Below, piece after piece: positions 37,070 to 49,827 of a stretch of 64,000 nucleotides of DNA; the stretch's first letter is position 1; each line of letters opens with the position of its first letter. A program made the translations under genes and the position numbers. Location of the stretch: the NCBI RefSeq assembly GCF_030144855.1, contig NC_082710.1, positions 153,264,001 to 153,328,000 on the forward strand, in the 5' to 3' direction. The stretch is from Hypanus sabinus (lineage: Eukaryota). The notes beneath the pieces were generated by a model. That model was not told the DNA's origin. It saw only the letters and a list, made by a program, of their open reading frames with translations, and did not search any database.

Positions 37070-38960
37070 GCCAGGCTCCATGTTGTGGAATATATGCAAC
37101 TCTGTGGAGGGTGAACCCTCACAAAGCAACAGGCCCCAATGGAGTACCAAGTAAGGCTCCAAAAACCTGTGCCAAGCAGCTAGTAGTGGTGATGTTTAAA
37201 GACACTTTCAATCTCTACAGTTGGAAGTACCCACCTGCTTTAAAAGGGCAACAGTTACACTCGAGCCCAAGAAGAGCAGTGTGAGCTGCCTTAATGATTA
37301 TTGAATAGACTTTATTCCTTACATCCTTCATCTACATGAGGAGTAAAAATCTTTACATTATGTCTCTGTCTACATGTGCAATGTACAATTTATAATAAAT
37401 AGTACGCACAGCAGGACGGTCAATATAACATAAACATACAATTGTATCAGCATGAATTAATCATTCTGATGGCCTGTTGGAAGAAGCTATCCCGGAGCCT
37501 GTTAGACTTGGCTCTTATGCTGTGGTACCGTTTCCCCAATGGAAGCAGCTGGAACAGTTTGTGGTTGGGGTGACTCCGGTCCCTAATGTTCCTTCACGCT
37601 CTTTTTACACACCTGTCCTTGTAGATGTCCTGAATAGTGGGAAGTTCACATCTATAGATGCGCTGGGCTGTCTGCACCACTCTCTGCAGAGTCCTGCGAT
37701 TCAGGGAAGCACAGTTCCCGTACCAGGCAGTGATGTAGCCAGTCAGGATGCTCTCAATTGTGCACCTGTAGAAAGTTTTTAGGGTTTGGCAGCCCATACC
37801 AAACTTCTTCGACTGAGGTGAAAGAGGTGCTGTTATGCCTTTTTCACCACACAGCCAGTATGTACAGACCACATGAGATCCTCAGTGATGTGTATGCCAA
37901 GGAATTTAAAGTTGTTCACCCTCTCAGCCCAGATCCGTTGATGTCAATAGGGGTTAGCCTGTCTCCATTCCTCCTGTCATCCACAACCAGCTGCTTTGTT
38001 TTTGTGGCATTGAGGAAGAGGTTGTTTTCTTGACACCACTATGTCAGGGTGATGTATTCTTCTCTGTAGGCTGCCTCATTATTATTTGAGATTAGGTCAA
38101 TCAGTGTAGTCTCATCCAGTAGTACTAACATCCATCGTGATTAAGTGCTTTGAGAGGTTGGTAATGGCAAGAATCAACTCCTGCTTCAGCCAGGAGCTGG
38201 ACCCACTGCAATTTCCCTATTGCCACAATAATTCTACAGCAGACACAATCTCACTGGCTCCGCACGTGGCCTTGCATCACCTGGACAATACAAATACCTA
38301 TGTCAGGATGTTGTTTATTGATGACAGATCAGATTTTAACCGTCACTCCTAAAGTCTTGATCAAAAAGCTCCTGAACCTGGACGTCTATCTCCCTCTATA
38401 ACTGGATTCTCAGCTTCCTAACTGGAAGAGCACAATCTTGATATAACATCTCCACCTTGCTGACAGTCAACACTGGCACACCTCAGGGATGTGCGCTTAG
38501 CCCACTGCTCTACTCTTTCTACACCCATGACTGTGTGACTAGGCACAGTTCAAACACCATCTATAAATTTGCTAATGATACAACCTTTATTGGCAGAATC
38601 TCAGATGATGATGAGAGAGCACACAGGAGCGAGATATACCAGCTAGCTGAGTGCTGTCACAGCAACAACATGGCGCTCAGTATCAGCAAGACTAAAGAGC
38701 TGATTGTGGACTTCAGGAAGGGTAAGACAAGGAAACACACAACAGTCCTTATTGAAGGATCAGAAGTGAACAATCTCAAGTTCCTGGGCATTGATACCTT
38801 TGAGGACCTAACCTGTCCCAACATATCAATGCAGTTATATAGGAGGCAAGACAGCAGCTATATTGCATTAGGAGTTTGAGGAGATTTGGTATGTCACCTA
38901 AAACACTCGAAAATTCCTACAGATGTATCGTAGAGAGCATTCCGACTGGCTACATCACTG
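37070..38960 (+). mobile_element. Rex1/Babar-type LINE with a second, antisense LINE nested at about 37295-38115
   Basis: Outer copy joins cttaatgatta / ccagtagtact; ORFs 38137-38352 and 38457-38879 (TGTPQGCALSPLLYS..YKFANDTT); inner ORF 37594-37872 (-). Confidence 0.8.
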
Positions 38961-39129
38961 ACTAAATGGAGAGAAAATACAACAAACTAAGGTCCAAAGG
39001 GACATCGGAGTGCTTGTGCAGGATCCCCTAAAGGTTGATTTTCAGGTTGAGTCTGTGGTGAGGAAGGCAAATGCGATGTTAGCATTCATTTCAAGATGAA
39101 CCTGTGGAGTATTTTGTGTTTACTGTCCA

Positions 39130-40590
39130 GATGGAATACCTGGCCGTGTACTAAAGACCTGTGTTGATCAACTGGCTGCAGTGTTCACCGATAATCGTTA
39201 ACCTCTCACTTCGTAAGTATGCGGTACATTTCTGCATCAAGCAGAATTCAATTATACAGGTGCCTAAGGAGAATGTGATAACCTGCCTCAATGACTAACA
39301 TCGAGTTACATTTACGTCCAATGAAGAGCTTTGAGAGTTTGGTGATGAAACATATCAATCCCTGCCTGAGAAGTTATTTAGATGTGCTCCAATTTGCCTA
39401 CAATCACAATAGGTCAACAGCAAATATCATTTCATTGGCTCTTCACTCATCTCTGGAACGTCTGTACAGTGAAGGTGCATACAGCAGGATGCTTATCATT
39501 GACTATAACCCCCACAGAACTAATCGATAATCAAGACCTTGGCCTCAATAGCTCCTTGTGCAACCGGATGCTCAATTTCTCACTTGCAGATCCCAGTTAG
39601 TTTGGTTTGCCAACAATATCTCCTCCACTGTCTCCATCAGCAAAGGTGCACCTCAGGGCTGTATGCTTAGCCCCCTGCTCTGTTTGCCTCGTTCTTATGA
39701 CTGTGACAGCTTCAATGCCATACTTAAACTTGGTGACAATACCATTGTCATTGGTTGACTAAAAGGTGGTAAGGAATCAGCATATAGGAAGGTGATTGCT
39801 TTGGCTCACCATAACAAGCTCTCACTGTCGGTCATTTCTCTTTGGAGGATCAGGTCAGAGGTTGAGAGTGTCACCAACTTTAAATTCCTCAGTATTATCC
39901 TTTCAGTCAATCTGTCCTGAGCCAAATACATAAGTGTCATTATGAAGAAAGCATGGCCGTGCCTCTAACTTCCTAGAAGTTTGTGAAGTTTTGGTTTGTC
40001 ATCTAAAACTTTGACAAACTTCTATACATATGTGTAGAAGAGTATATTGTCTGGACAGTGAAGATATATACTTTAGGGTGCATGTCATCACAGCCTGGTA
40101 TGAAAACAGCAATGCTGTTGAATGGAAAACCCTATAGAAAGTAGTGGATATGGTCTGGTCCTTCACATGGGAAGCCCTCTCTACCACTGAGCAACCTACG
40201 TGGAGTGGTGTTGCAGGAAAGCAGCATCCAACATCAATGACCCCCAACATCCAGGTCAGGCTCTCTTCTTGCTGCTGCCATCAGGTAGAAGATATAGGAG
40301 CCCTAGGATCCACGCCACCAGGTTCAGGAACAGTTACACTGCAAACATCAGGCTCTTGAACCAGAGGGGATAACTTCGTTCAACCTCACTTGCCCCAACT
40401 GAACTGTATTCATTTTCAAGAACTCTTCATCTCATGTTCTCAAGATTTATTGCTTATTTGTTTATTATTATTTTCTTCTCCTTTTATATTTTGTTAATTG
40501 TCTTTTGCAGATTGATTGTTCCTCCATTCTGTTGGGAGTGATCTTTCATTGATTCCATTGTGTTTCTTTTACTTACTGTGAATACCAGAA
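39130..40590 (+). mobile_element. Rex1/Babar-type LINE fragment
   Basis: ORFs 39291-39530 and 39558-39758 (GAPQGCMLSPLL); its tail continues after the Tc1 element at 42144. Confidence 0.75.
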
Positions 40591-40594
40591 GAAT

Positions 40595-42143
40595 ACCCCG
40601 TAGAATTGTCTCTATTTCTGCATAAATATGACTAAAATGTGATCAGATTTTCATGTAAGTCCTAAAATGAGCCCAACTAAATAAGTAACACAAGAACATT
40701 GTACTCGTTCATTTATTTATTTATTGAGAATAATGATCCAATATTCCATGTATTTTTGGGAAAAATATGTGAACCTCTGGGGTAATGCCTTCTACAAAAG
40801 CTATTTGGAATCGGATATTCCAATCAATAAGATGAGATTGGAAGTGTGGGTTGTTGAGATGCCCTGTCCGATAAAAATTCACACAATGTAAGGTTACTGA
40901 CAGAGCCTGCCCTTCTCAAGCAAGACCTGTTTATGTGCACTGTGCCTCAATCAAAACAACTTTCAGATAACCTTAGAAGAAGGATTGTAGAGGTCCATGA
41001 GGCTGGAAAAGGCTACAAAAGCATTTCTCAAGACTTGAGTATTCATCAGTCCATAGATAGAGAAATTGTTTACAAATGGAGGAAACTCAGTACTGTAGCA
41101 ACTTCTGCTATGAATGGGCATCTTGCAGATATCACACCAGGAACACAGCTTGCAATGCTGAAGGAGGTGAAAATGAACCCAAGGGTAATACCAAAAAGCC
41201 TGCAGAAATCTCTAGAACTTACTAAAGTTTCTGTTAATGTGCCCACTACAAGAAAAACATTGAACAAAAATGATGTTCATGGAAGGACACCATGGTGGAA
41301 ACCTCTCCAAAAAAAAACATTGCTGCAAGTCTCAAGATTGCAAAAGTCCACCTGGATGTTCCACAGTGCTTCTGGGATGACATTCTGTGAACACATGAGA
41401 CAAAAGTTGAACATCTTGCAGAAATACACATTGCTATATTTGGGAGGAAAAGGACATCACACACCAACACCAAAACCTCATCCCAACTGTGACTCATAGT
41501 AGAAGGAGCATCATGGTTTAGGGCTATTTTGCTGACTCAGGGCCTCAACAGCTTGCAATTGTTGAGGGAACAATGAATTCAAAACTATACCAAGAAATTT
41601 TACAGGAGGATGTCAGAATTTCATTCCATTGCCTGTAGCTTAACCGAAGTTGGATAATGTGACAAGACAATGATCCAAAAGACAAGAGTAAATCAACAAC
41701 AGAATGATATAAAAAGAAATAAATTTGTGTTTTGGAATGACTGAGACAAAGACTTGATCTTAATCCTATAGAAGTGTAGTGGTAGGGCCCAAAGCAAGCA
41801 GTTCATGCAAGGAAGTTCAGCAATATCCCAAAGTTAGACTAAGGAGGAATGAGCCTAAAACTTCTCCAAGCAGATGTACAGGGCTAATCAACAATTAATG
41901 GAAATGTTTGTTTGAAGTTATTGCTGTAGAAGGGGGTTACACCAGTTATTGAAAGCAAAGGTTCACATACTTTTTACAACAAATACATGTAATGAACAAG
42001 TGTAATATTGTTGTTTTATTTATTTAGTTGTTTTCTCTTTATCTAATTTTAGGACTTACTTGAAGATCTGATCACATTTTATTTCATATTTATGCAGAAA
42101 TAGAGAAAATTCTACGGGGTTCACAAACTTTCTAGTGCCACTG
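40595..42143 (+). mobile_element. Tc1/mariner DNA transposon with long IR/DR-type TIRs, degenerate
   Basis: 40595-40790 is an imperfect reverse complement of 41955-42143; right end CACTG followed by TA; left TIR lacks about 23 terminal nt. Confidence 0.9.
40933..41940 (+). pseudogene. Tc1 transposase pseudogene
   Basis: ORF 40933-41499 SKQLSDNLRRRIVEVHEAGKGYKSIS (paired-like HTH), then frameshifted DDE remnants (QDNDPK, DLNPIE). Confidence 0.85.
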
Positions 42144-42219
42144 TATGTTGCATTGATAATACATTTAATTTGAGCTTTGAATTTTGAACATTGAATTTTA
42201 ATACTGTGAGGAAGGACAG

Positions 42220-43045
42220 GCGGATGATGGGACAAAATTCTAATCAGTGGGATGAGCTGAAGTGTAACATGGGGGCAAAATTAAAAAGGAGATGAATATG
42301 GGACTTAAGGTAAATGATCTTCTAGTGCAATTATAGATTGGTATGTATGATGTTGTGGGCCTCACTGACTCATGGATAACAAGGTCATAGTTAGGAGCTT
42401 AACATCCAAGGATACACATTGTATTAAAAGGACAGGCAGGTAGGCAAAGGAGCAGGGTATTTATTTATTAAGATCCAGTGCAGAGTAGCCCTTTGAGCCA
42501 CGCTGTCCAACAATTCCGCCAATTAATGCAAGCCTAATCATGGGACAATTTAACAGTGACCAATTAACCTGCCAACCTGTGCATTTTTGGGAGAAAACAG
42601 AACACCCAGAGGAAATCCACGTGGCTATGGGGAGAAAGTGCTAAGTCCTTACAGGCAATGGTGGAAATTGAACCCAGATCACCAGTACTTTAAAGTTTTG
42701 TGCTAATCACTGCAGTGCCATGCCACTCCACCAGGTAGGGTGGCTCTATTGGTAAAAAATGAAATCAAATCCTTAGAAACAAGTGAGATAAGTTCAAAAG
42801 ATGAAGGTTATTTGTGGGTAGAGTTAAGAAACTGCAAGGGTAAAAGGACACTAATATGAGTTATATAAAGCCCTCAAAACAGTAGCCAGGAAGTGAAATA
42901 TAAATTACAGTTGGAGTTAGAAAAAGGATGTGATAAGGGCTACGTTACAATACTGATAGAGGATTTCAATATGCAAGTAGATTTTAAAAATCTGATTGGT
43001 GCTGGAATTTGTAGAGTGCCTACAAGATGACTTTTTAGAGCAACT
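42220..43045 (+). mobile_element. CR1 ORF2 endonuclease-region fragment with an embedded SINE
   Basis: Remnants YDVVGLTDSWIT, LWVELRNCKGK, DFNMQVD. Confidence 0.65.
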
Positions 43046-43049
43046 ATTT

Positions 43050-43290
43050 TAGAACAATAACCATTGTTGAGAGGTATAGTCCACGCCACCCAACCCCTCC
43101 CACTCCCATGGGAGAAGAACCGTAAATCGTGGTCCTTCCCCACCGGGCCATTGCGGTGGCTGCACCAAGTTTCAGTGCGTCCCTCAGCATGTAGTCCTGC
43201 AGCCGAGAACATGAACAACTATCACGACTGTGAGGTGCCCCAGTCACATGGAGATTTGAAACAAGACTCTGACAAACGTGTTCAGCAGCA
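43050..43290 (-). mobile_element. Tx1/L1-type ORF2 C-terminal fragment
   Basis: ORF 43044-43247 SRLQDYMLRDALKLGAATAMARWGRTT, recalled as a Tx1-like ORF2 end; not verified by search. Confidence 0.55.
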
Positions 43291-43449
43291 GAAACTCCTT
43301 TTTCACTGGTAATATCTTCACTGTACTTTGTTCAGGGAAGGTCAGGAAAACTTGGTTGGAGTGCACACAGATATTGGTTCTGCAAATTCACTTGTTCCTC
43401 CATTCAGACAATAAATATCGGTAAATACAGATTCGTTTTGTGCTTCACT

Positions 43450-44110
43450 GATTTTTATTATGAAGAGTGAGTCTTGTAACAAGAGATTAGAACAGTGGAC
43501 TAAGCACACATCCCTGAGGTGTGCCAGTGAGTCATGGAGGAGGAGATGTTATTACCAATCCGCACAGACTGTGGTCTTCCAGTTAGAATGTCGAGTATCC
43601 AGTTGTAGAGGGAGCTACAGAGGCCCAGGTTCTGTAGCTGTTCGATCAGGATTGCAGGAATAATGGTGTTAAATGCTGAGCTATAGTTAATTAACAGCAG
43701 CCTGACATAGATACCTGTGTTGTCCAGGTGATCCAAGGCTGTGTGGAGAACCAATGAGATTGCGCCTGCTGTAGACCTATTGTGATGATAGGCAAATTAC
43801 AATGGGTCCAGATCTTTGCAGGCAGGGGTTAATTCTAGCCATGACCAACATCTCAAAGCATTTCATCACCGTAGCTGTGAGTGCTACTGGATGATAGTCG
43901 TTAAGGCAGCTTGTACTGCTCTTCTTGGGCATTGTTATAGTTGTTGCCCTTTTGAGTCTGGTGGGAACTTCTGACTGTAGCAGTGACAGATTGAAAATGT
44001 CTTTGACAACTCCCACCAGTTGGTTGGCACAAGTTTTCAGAGCCTTACCAGGTACTCCATCGGGGCCTGATGCCTTGCGAGGGTTCACCCTCCTGAAAGA
44101 CAGCCTCCGA
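43450..44110 (-). mobile_element. Rex1/Babar-type LINE RT fragment
   Basis: ORFs 43777-44244 (KASGPDGVPGKALKTCANQL..YHPVALT) and 43500-43754. Confidence 0.8.
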
Positions 44111-45785
44111 TCAGAGATCACAGGGAAGTCCTGGTGCAGGGTATCAGCCCAATACACTGACACTTCCTTTTCCCCACAAATGCTGCTCAACCCACTGAGT
44201 TCCTCCAGCAGATTGTTTGTTGCTTCAGATTCTAGCATCTGCAATCTCTTGTGTAGGTAATCGTGGAAGTTTGCTATTTAACGTTGACATTGAAACTGTG
44301 GCTTTTCTGTGATCCAAACGTTTTAAATCCCAGTGTACAATGCTATTGAAGGAAAGGAATATTACTAAAGGAGGCCCAAGGAGGGAAACACTGAGTGGCT
44401 CAGTGGGTGGAGCTGCCTCGCAGTCTGAGGAATCTGAGTATGATCCTTAACTCTGGTGCTCTCTGTGACTCCATGAGTTTCCCCAAGTGCTCCGGTTTCC
44501 TCCCACATCATGATTGTATGGTTAACTGCATGCTGTACATTGCTCCATCGATGCAGGTGGATGAGGGAATTAATGGGAATTTGGGGAGACTAAGTTATAG
44601 AGAATGTGATTGCTGTGAGAGCTAGAATAGACTCAGTGGGTCAAATGGCCTTGTTAAGGACATACAGAAATAACATGCAATACTGAGATAGGAGTAGGGT
44701 GGTAGGAGTGAAAAAAGAAGCAGTAAGAACTAGCTGAAGGGTGAGGCAATGCTGTTTATGACTGCTGTGCTGGAAATCCCCTTCTTTTCTTATTGCTCAT
44801 ACTGCATGACACAATCAAAATCCAACTGTTTCACTTTCAGTTGGCACAGGTTCAGTGCACAAGGGACTCAACCCAGCACTGTGTGTTTACTACAAGCACC
44901 ACACCACGTCCATTTTGTATATTGGCCTGCAGTCTCACCACATATTCAAAGTCCTGGGGTTTTTGCTCCTTCTTTTGGCCTGGAGCTGGAGGAGTCACTA
45001 TGAGTATCCCCCGCTCTCCTGGAGGATACCTGTCAGGTAGCCCTGGGAGGATCAAGACAGAGCTGGGCCAGACCACTTTTGTTGTCAAGTAATCACAGGA
45101 TGCCAACTGAAAACATTGATCACATAAAGTCATACAGCATAGAAACAGACCATCCAGCCCATCTGGTCCATTTAAGCTAGTCTGCATTTGACCCATATCT
45201 TTCCAGCCTTTTCCTATCCGTGCACCTGCCAAAGTTCCTTTTAAATATTGTTAATGTTTCTACTTCAACCACTTCCTCTCGCATATACTGACCACCCCCT
45301 TGGTGAAAATGTTGCCCCTTGGGTTCCTAATCTCACCCCTCTTGCTCTAGACCTGTGTCCTGAAGTTTGTGATTCCCCAGCCTGTGTCCCTAAGGAACCC
45401 TCTTTGTGGTATAAAAGGAGACAAAGTACATGTGACCTTGTTAAAAAATGAGCCTCAAAGATAATGATTGTTCAACTGTCTGAGCCAATATAAAAATTTG
45501 TAAAAAGCCCACAGATTACATGCCTTTCTATGATAATGAATGCTCACTCTGAGACGTAAGGCGAGATATCGGCTTTTATTGACTGGAAGAAGGAACCAGG
45601 AGTAAGTGTCCATCATACTATGTCCTGGAGACTGAGGCCGAGCATCAGACCTCAGATCGCCTTTATACAGGGGCCTGTGGGAGGAGCCACAGGAGCAGTC
45701 AGCAGGGGCATGTCCAGACAGGCACACGTAGTTCACCACATTCACCCCCCCTTTGTTTAAAAGAGTCCCCATGTGGCGAAGTTTC

Positions 45786-48700
45786 TTACAAGTCAAGTCT
45801 ATCAGGCGGTCGTATCTGTCGCTGCGATCTACGTAGCACCGGCTGTGATTGCACAGACGCCGGCGACATTGGTGATTGCACAGGAGATGGAGGTTGTGCC
45901 TGTTCCAGCCCACTAGGCGCCAGTGATCCCTCAGGCATGTGCGAGGCGCCTGGTATATATGCGTACGAAATACCCGGTATATAAGTGTCGTCAGAAGTCT
46001 GTGTAGGGCCCGGTGAGCACGGTGTCACCTCAGGTGCAGGGTTCATAGTTACCGGAGAGTGTTCAGGGTAGTGGTCTGCTGCACCTGTGGGTGCCAGGTC
46101 GCGGATGGAGACCGTGTCCTCCCGCCCTTCAGGTAAGACCACGTAGGCATACTGGGGGTTCGCATGTAGAGGGTGAACCCTCTCGACCAGCGGGGAGCAT
46201 TTATTAATCCGCACATGTTTCCAGAGCAGCACTGGCCCCGGGGACGTCAGCCAAACTGGTAGGGTGGTCCCAGTGACAGACTTCCTGGGAAAAGAGAATA
46301 GGCATTCGTGAGGGGTGGCATTGGTGGACGTACATAACAGAGAGCGGATAGAGTGGAGTGCCTCAGGGAGGACCTCCTGCCATTGAGAGACCGGCAACCC
46401 TTTTGACTTAAGGGCTAAAAGTGTGGCCTTCCACACCGTGGCATTCTCCTGCTCCACCTGTCCATTTCCCCGGGGATTATAGCTCGTGGTCCGACTAGTA
46501 GCAATGCCCCCAGCTAGCAGGTACTGGCGCAGCTCGTCACTCATAAAGGAGGACCCTCTATCACTGTGGATATAGCAGGGATACCCGAACAGAGTGAAGA
46601 GCTGGCGCAGGGCTTTTATGACGGACGTGGCAGTGGTGTCGGGGCAGGGAATGGCAAAGGGGAACCATGAGTACTCATCGATAACATTGAGAAAATAGAC
46701 ATTGCGGTCAGTGGAGGGAAGGGGGCCCTTAAAGTCAACACTCAGTCGCTCAAAAGGGCGGGTGGCCTTGACAAGTTGCGCCGTGTCAGGACGGTAGAAG
46801 TGCGGTTTGCACTCAACGCATATTTGGCAGTCCCTGGTCATCGTCCTGATGTCCTCCAGGGAGTACGGCAGGTTCCGAGCTTTCACAAAATGGTAAAATC
46901 GGGTGACCCCTGGATGGCAAAGTTGTGCATGAAGGGCGTACAGCTGGTCGAGCTGTGTGCTAGCACATGTTCCCCTTTAGGGCATCAGGGGGCACATTGA
47001 GTCTGCCAGGCCGGTACAGGATATCATAGTTGTAGGTGGAGAGTTCTATTCTCCACCGCAAAATCTTATCATTTTTGATTTTGCCCCACTGTTGGTTGCT
47101 GAACAGGAACGCAACCGAGCGCTGGTCGGTCAGCAAGGTGAACCTTTTGCCAGCAAGATAGTGCCTCCAGTGCCTAACAGCCTCCACTATGGCCTGGGCT
47201 TCTTTCTCCACCGCGGAGTGCCGAATTTCAGAGCCTTGGAGGGTGCGAGAAAAGAATGCTACTGGCCTGCCTTCCTGATTGAGGGTAGCAGCCAGAGCGA
47301 AATCGGAGGCGTCACACTCCAGTTGGAAGGGAATGGTCTCGTCCACCGCATGCTTCGTTGCTTTGGCAATGTCCCCTTTAATGCTGCTGAAGGCCACGCG
47401 GGCCTCGGCAGAGAGGGGAAATGTGGTAGACTTGACCAGGGGGTGGGCCTTGTCTGCGTAATGGGGGACCCATTGGGCGTAATAGGAAAGAAAACCCAGG
47501 CACCGTCTGAGGGCTTTGAGAATGGTGGGAAGAGGGAGTTCTAACAGGGGGCGCATACGGTCGGGATCAGGGCCAATGACCCCGTTTTCCACAACATACC
47601 CAAGGATAGCAAGACGGGTGGTTCCGAACACACACTTGTCCCTGTTATAAGTAAGGTTCAGAGCTGCGGCCACTTGGAGAAATCGTTGGAGGTTGGCGTC
47701 GTGATCTGGCCTGTCGTGACCACAGATGGTGATGTTATCCAGATAGGGAAATGTGGCCTGCAGTTGGTACTGGTCCACTATCCGGTCCATTTCCCTCTGG
47801 AAGACAGAGACAGCATTTGTGACACCGAAAGGGATGCGCAGGAAGTGATAGAGCCTGCCGCCCGCCTCGAAGGCGGTGTAGGGGCGGTCCTCTGGGCGGA
47901 TGGGGAGCTGGTGATAAGCAGATTTCAGATCTACTGTCGAGTACACCTTGTACTGAGCTATCTGGTTGACCGTATCCGCGATGCGGGGTAGGGAGTACAC
48001 GTCAAGCTGCTTGAACCTATTGATGGTTTGACTATAGTCCACCACCATCCTATTTTTCTGCCCAGTCCGAACAACAACTACCTGGGACCTCCAAGGGCTT
48101 GAGCTTGGCTCAATGATCCCCTCCCTGAGCAGCCGCTGCACCTCCAACTGAATGAAGGCCCTGTCCCCCGCGCTGTACCTCCTGCTTTTAGTTGCCACAG
48201 GTTTACAGTCGGGGGTCAGGTTGGCGAACAGCGGTGGGGGAGGGACCTTGAGGGTGGAGAGACTGCAAGTGGTGTCGGTAGCGCAGCTGTCGGCATGGTG
48301 CTGGGTGGGATGTGTGGGTCAGTGTGTGTGTGTGGTCAGTAGTAATGAAGTCCCACAAAACTGAGGATTCCGGACTGTGAGTGGTGGGAGGGGCCCGTCA
48401 TATACCATAGTCACACTTTCGAGATGGCTCTGGAAGTCCAGCCCCAATAGCACAGGTGCGCACAGTTTAGGCATGACCAGTAGCGCAAAGTTCCGATATT
48501 CTGTGCCTTGCACCACCAACGTCTCTACACAACCTGCCCGGATGTCTGCGGAATGCGACCCAGAAGCCAAATTGATCCTCGGACTTACCGGCCGTGTTGC
48601 GAGTCAACAGCGTTGCACTGTGTCAGGGTGAATAAATCTCTCAGTGCTGCCCATGTCAAACAGGCATCTAGTCCTGTGCCCCTCCACCAGGATGTCCATC

Positions 48701-49827
48701 ATGGACCTTGCAAGCTGGTGTGGGGCGCTTTGGTCGAGGGTTACAGTGGCCAGAGTTGAGCCGTCGGGGTACCCGGTAAGCATCGGAGGGTCGGGGGCAG
48801 GGCATGCTGACGCCGACAAAGATGGCCGCCCACATCCGGGGTACCCGGTAAGCATTGGAGGGTCGGGGGCGGGGCGTGCTGACACCGACAAATATGGCCG
48901 CCCACATCCGGGGTACCCGGTAAGCATCGGTGTGTCGGGGGCAGGGCATGCTGATGCCGACAAAGATGGCCGCCCACATCCGGGCATGCAAGATGGCGGC
49001 CCCCACGTCTCACACGCAGCGCTGCACTCCGCTCGCAGTTTAGACTTACAGACCTTGGCGAAATGGCCCCGCTTTCCGCAGCTGGAGCAGGTCGCTTCTC
49101 GCGCTGGGCAGCGTTGTCGGGGGTGCTTTTTGAGTCCGCAGAAATAACAAAGCACGGGCTTCTGACGGGCCGCAGCAGTGGTCAGGTTCGGGGAGCTCGT
49201 GGAATCGCGACTGGCAGCGGCGTTGGCGAATTCGCTCCCGGGAGCTGCCGGTGGCGGGGTCTGAGGTGTCCACGGAACCGGCGGGGAATCGCGCGACTGA
49301 ACAGCGTCGGCGTCGTGCAGAGCAGCTTCCAGAGCGTTGGCCGTCTCGATCACCGAGTGTAAGGTCAGATCGGCTTTTTCCAGCAGCCGCTGGCGCATGT
49401 ACACTGACCTCAGTCCCGTCACAAAGGCGTCTCGCACTAGCAGCTCCGCATGCTGTTCTGCCGTGAGCGTCTTGCAGTCACAAATTCGGACGAGTGTCTG
49501 TAGTGCTCGGAGAAACTCAGCGCTCGATTCGCCAGGCCGCTGTCGCCGGGTAGCTAAATGATGTCTTGCATAGACGGTGTTCACCGGCCGCAGGTACTGT
49601 CTTTTGAGGGCGTCCAGTGCCCCATCGTAGGTCGGCAGGTCCCGGATAATGGAGTAAACTTTTGGGGTGACCCTCGAGAGGAGAATTCTGTGCTTAACGG
49701 CAGGGTCAGTCGCACGAACCTCCTCCAAGTATGATTGGAAGCATGCAAGCCAGAGTTCAAAAGCAAGAGCTGCTTCAGGGTCTTGAGGGTCCAAATCCAA
49801 CCTTTCTGGACATAAAACGGTTTCCAT
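45786..49827 (-). pseudogene. gag-pol polyprotein, originally one ORF; two premature TGA (48606-48604, 48321-48319) and a frameshift near 46975
   Basis: Zn knuckle CSSCGKRGHFAKVC; protease LFDMGS..LLGLDF; RT VDLKSAYHQ..PFG..YLDN; RNase H CDAS..EKEA..TDQ; integrase HHCC, VDFKGP..HSDRG..GQVE; no chromodomain. Confidence 0.95.
48766..48981 (-). repeat. 3 x 72-nt in-frame tandem repeat in the gag-protease spacer
   Basis: GCGRPSLSASACPAPD(T/P)PMLTGYP x3 in ORF 48604-49827. Confidence 0.95.

Noticed and set aside
44390-44470. tRNA genes at SINE heads (also 19520, 30760)
   Set aside because: A/B-box remnants only; no cloverleaf could be formed and each runs into a SINE body
48766-48981. CRISPR-like array
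   Set aside because: Units are head-to-tail with no unique spacers, are in-frame coding, and the context is eukaryotic
46776-49561. Plus-strand ORFs over the gypsy element
   Set aside because: Antisense shadows of GC-rich gag-pol; no motifs
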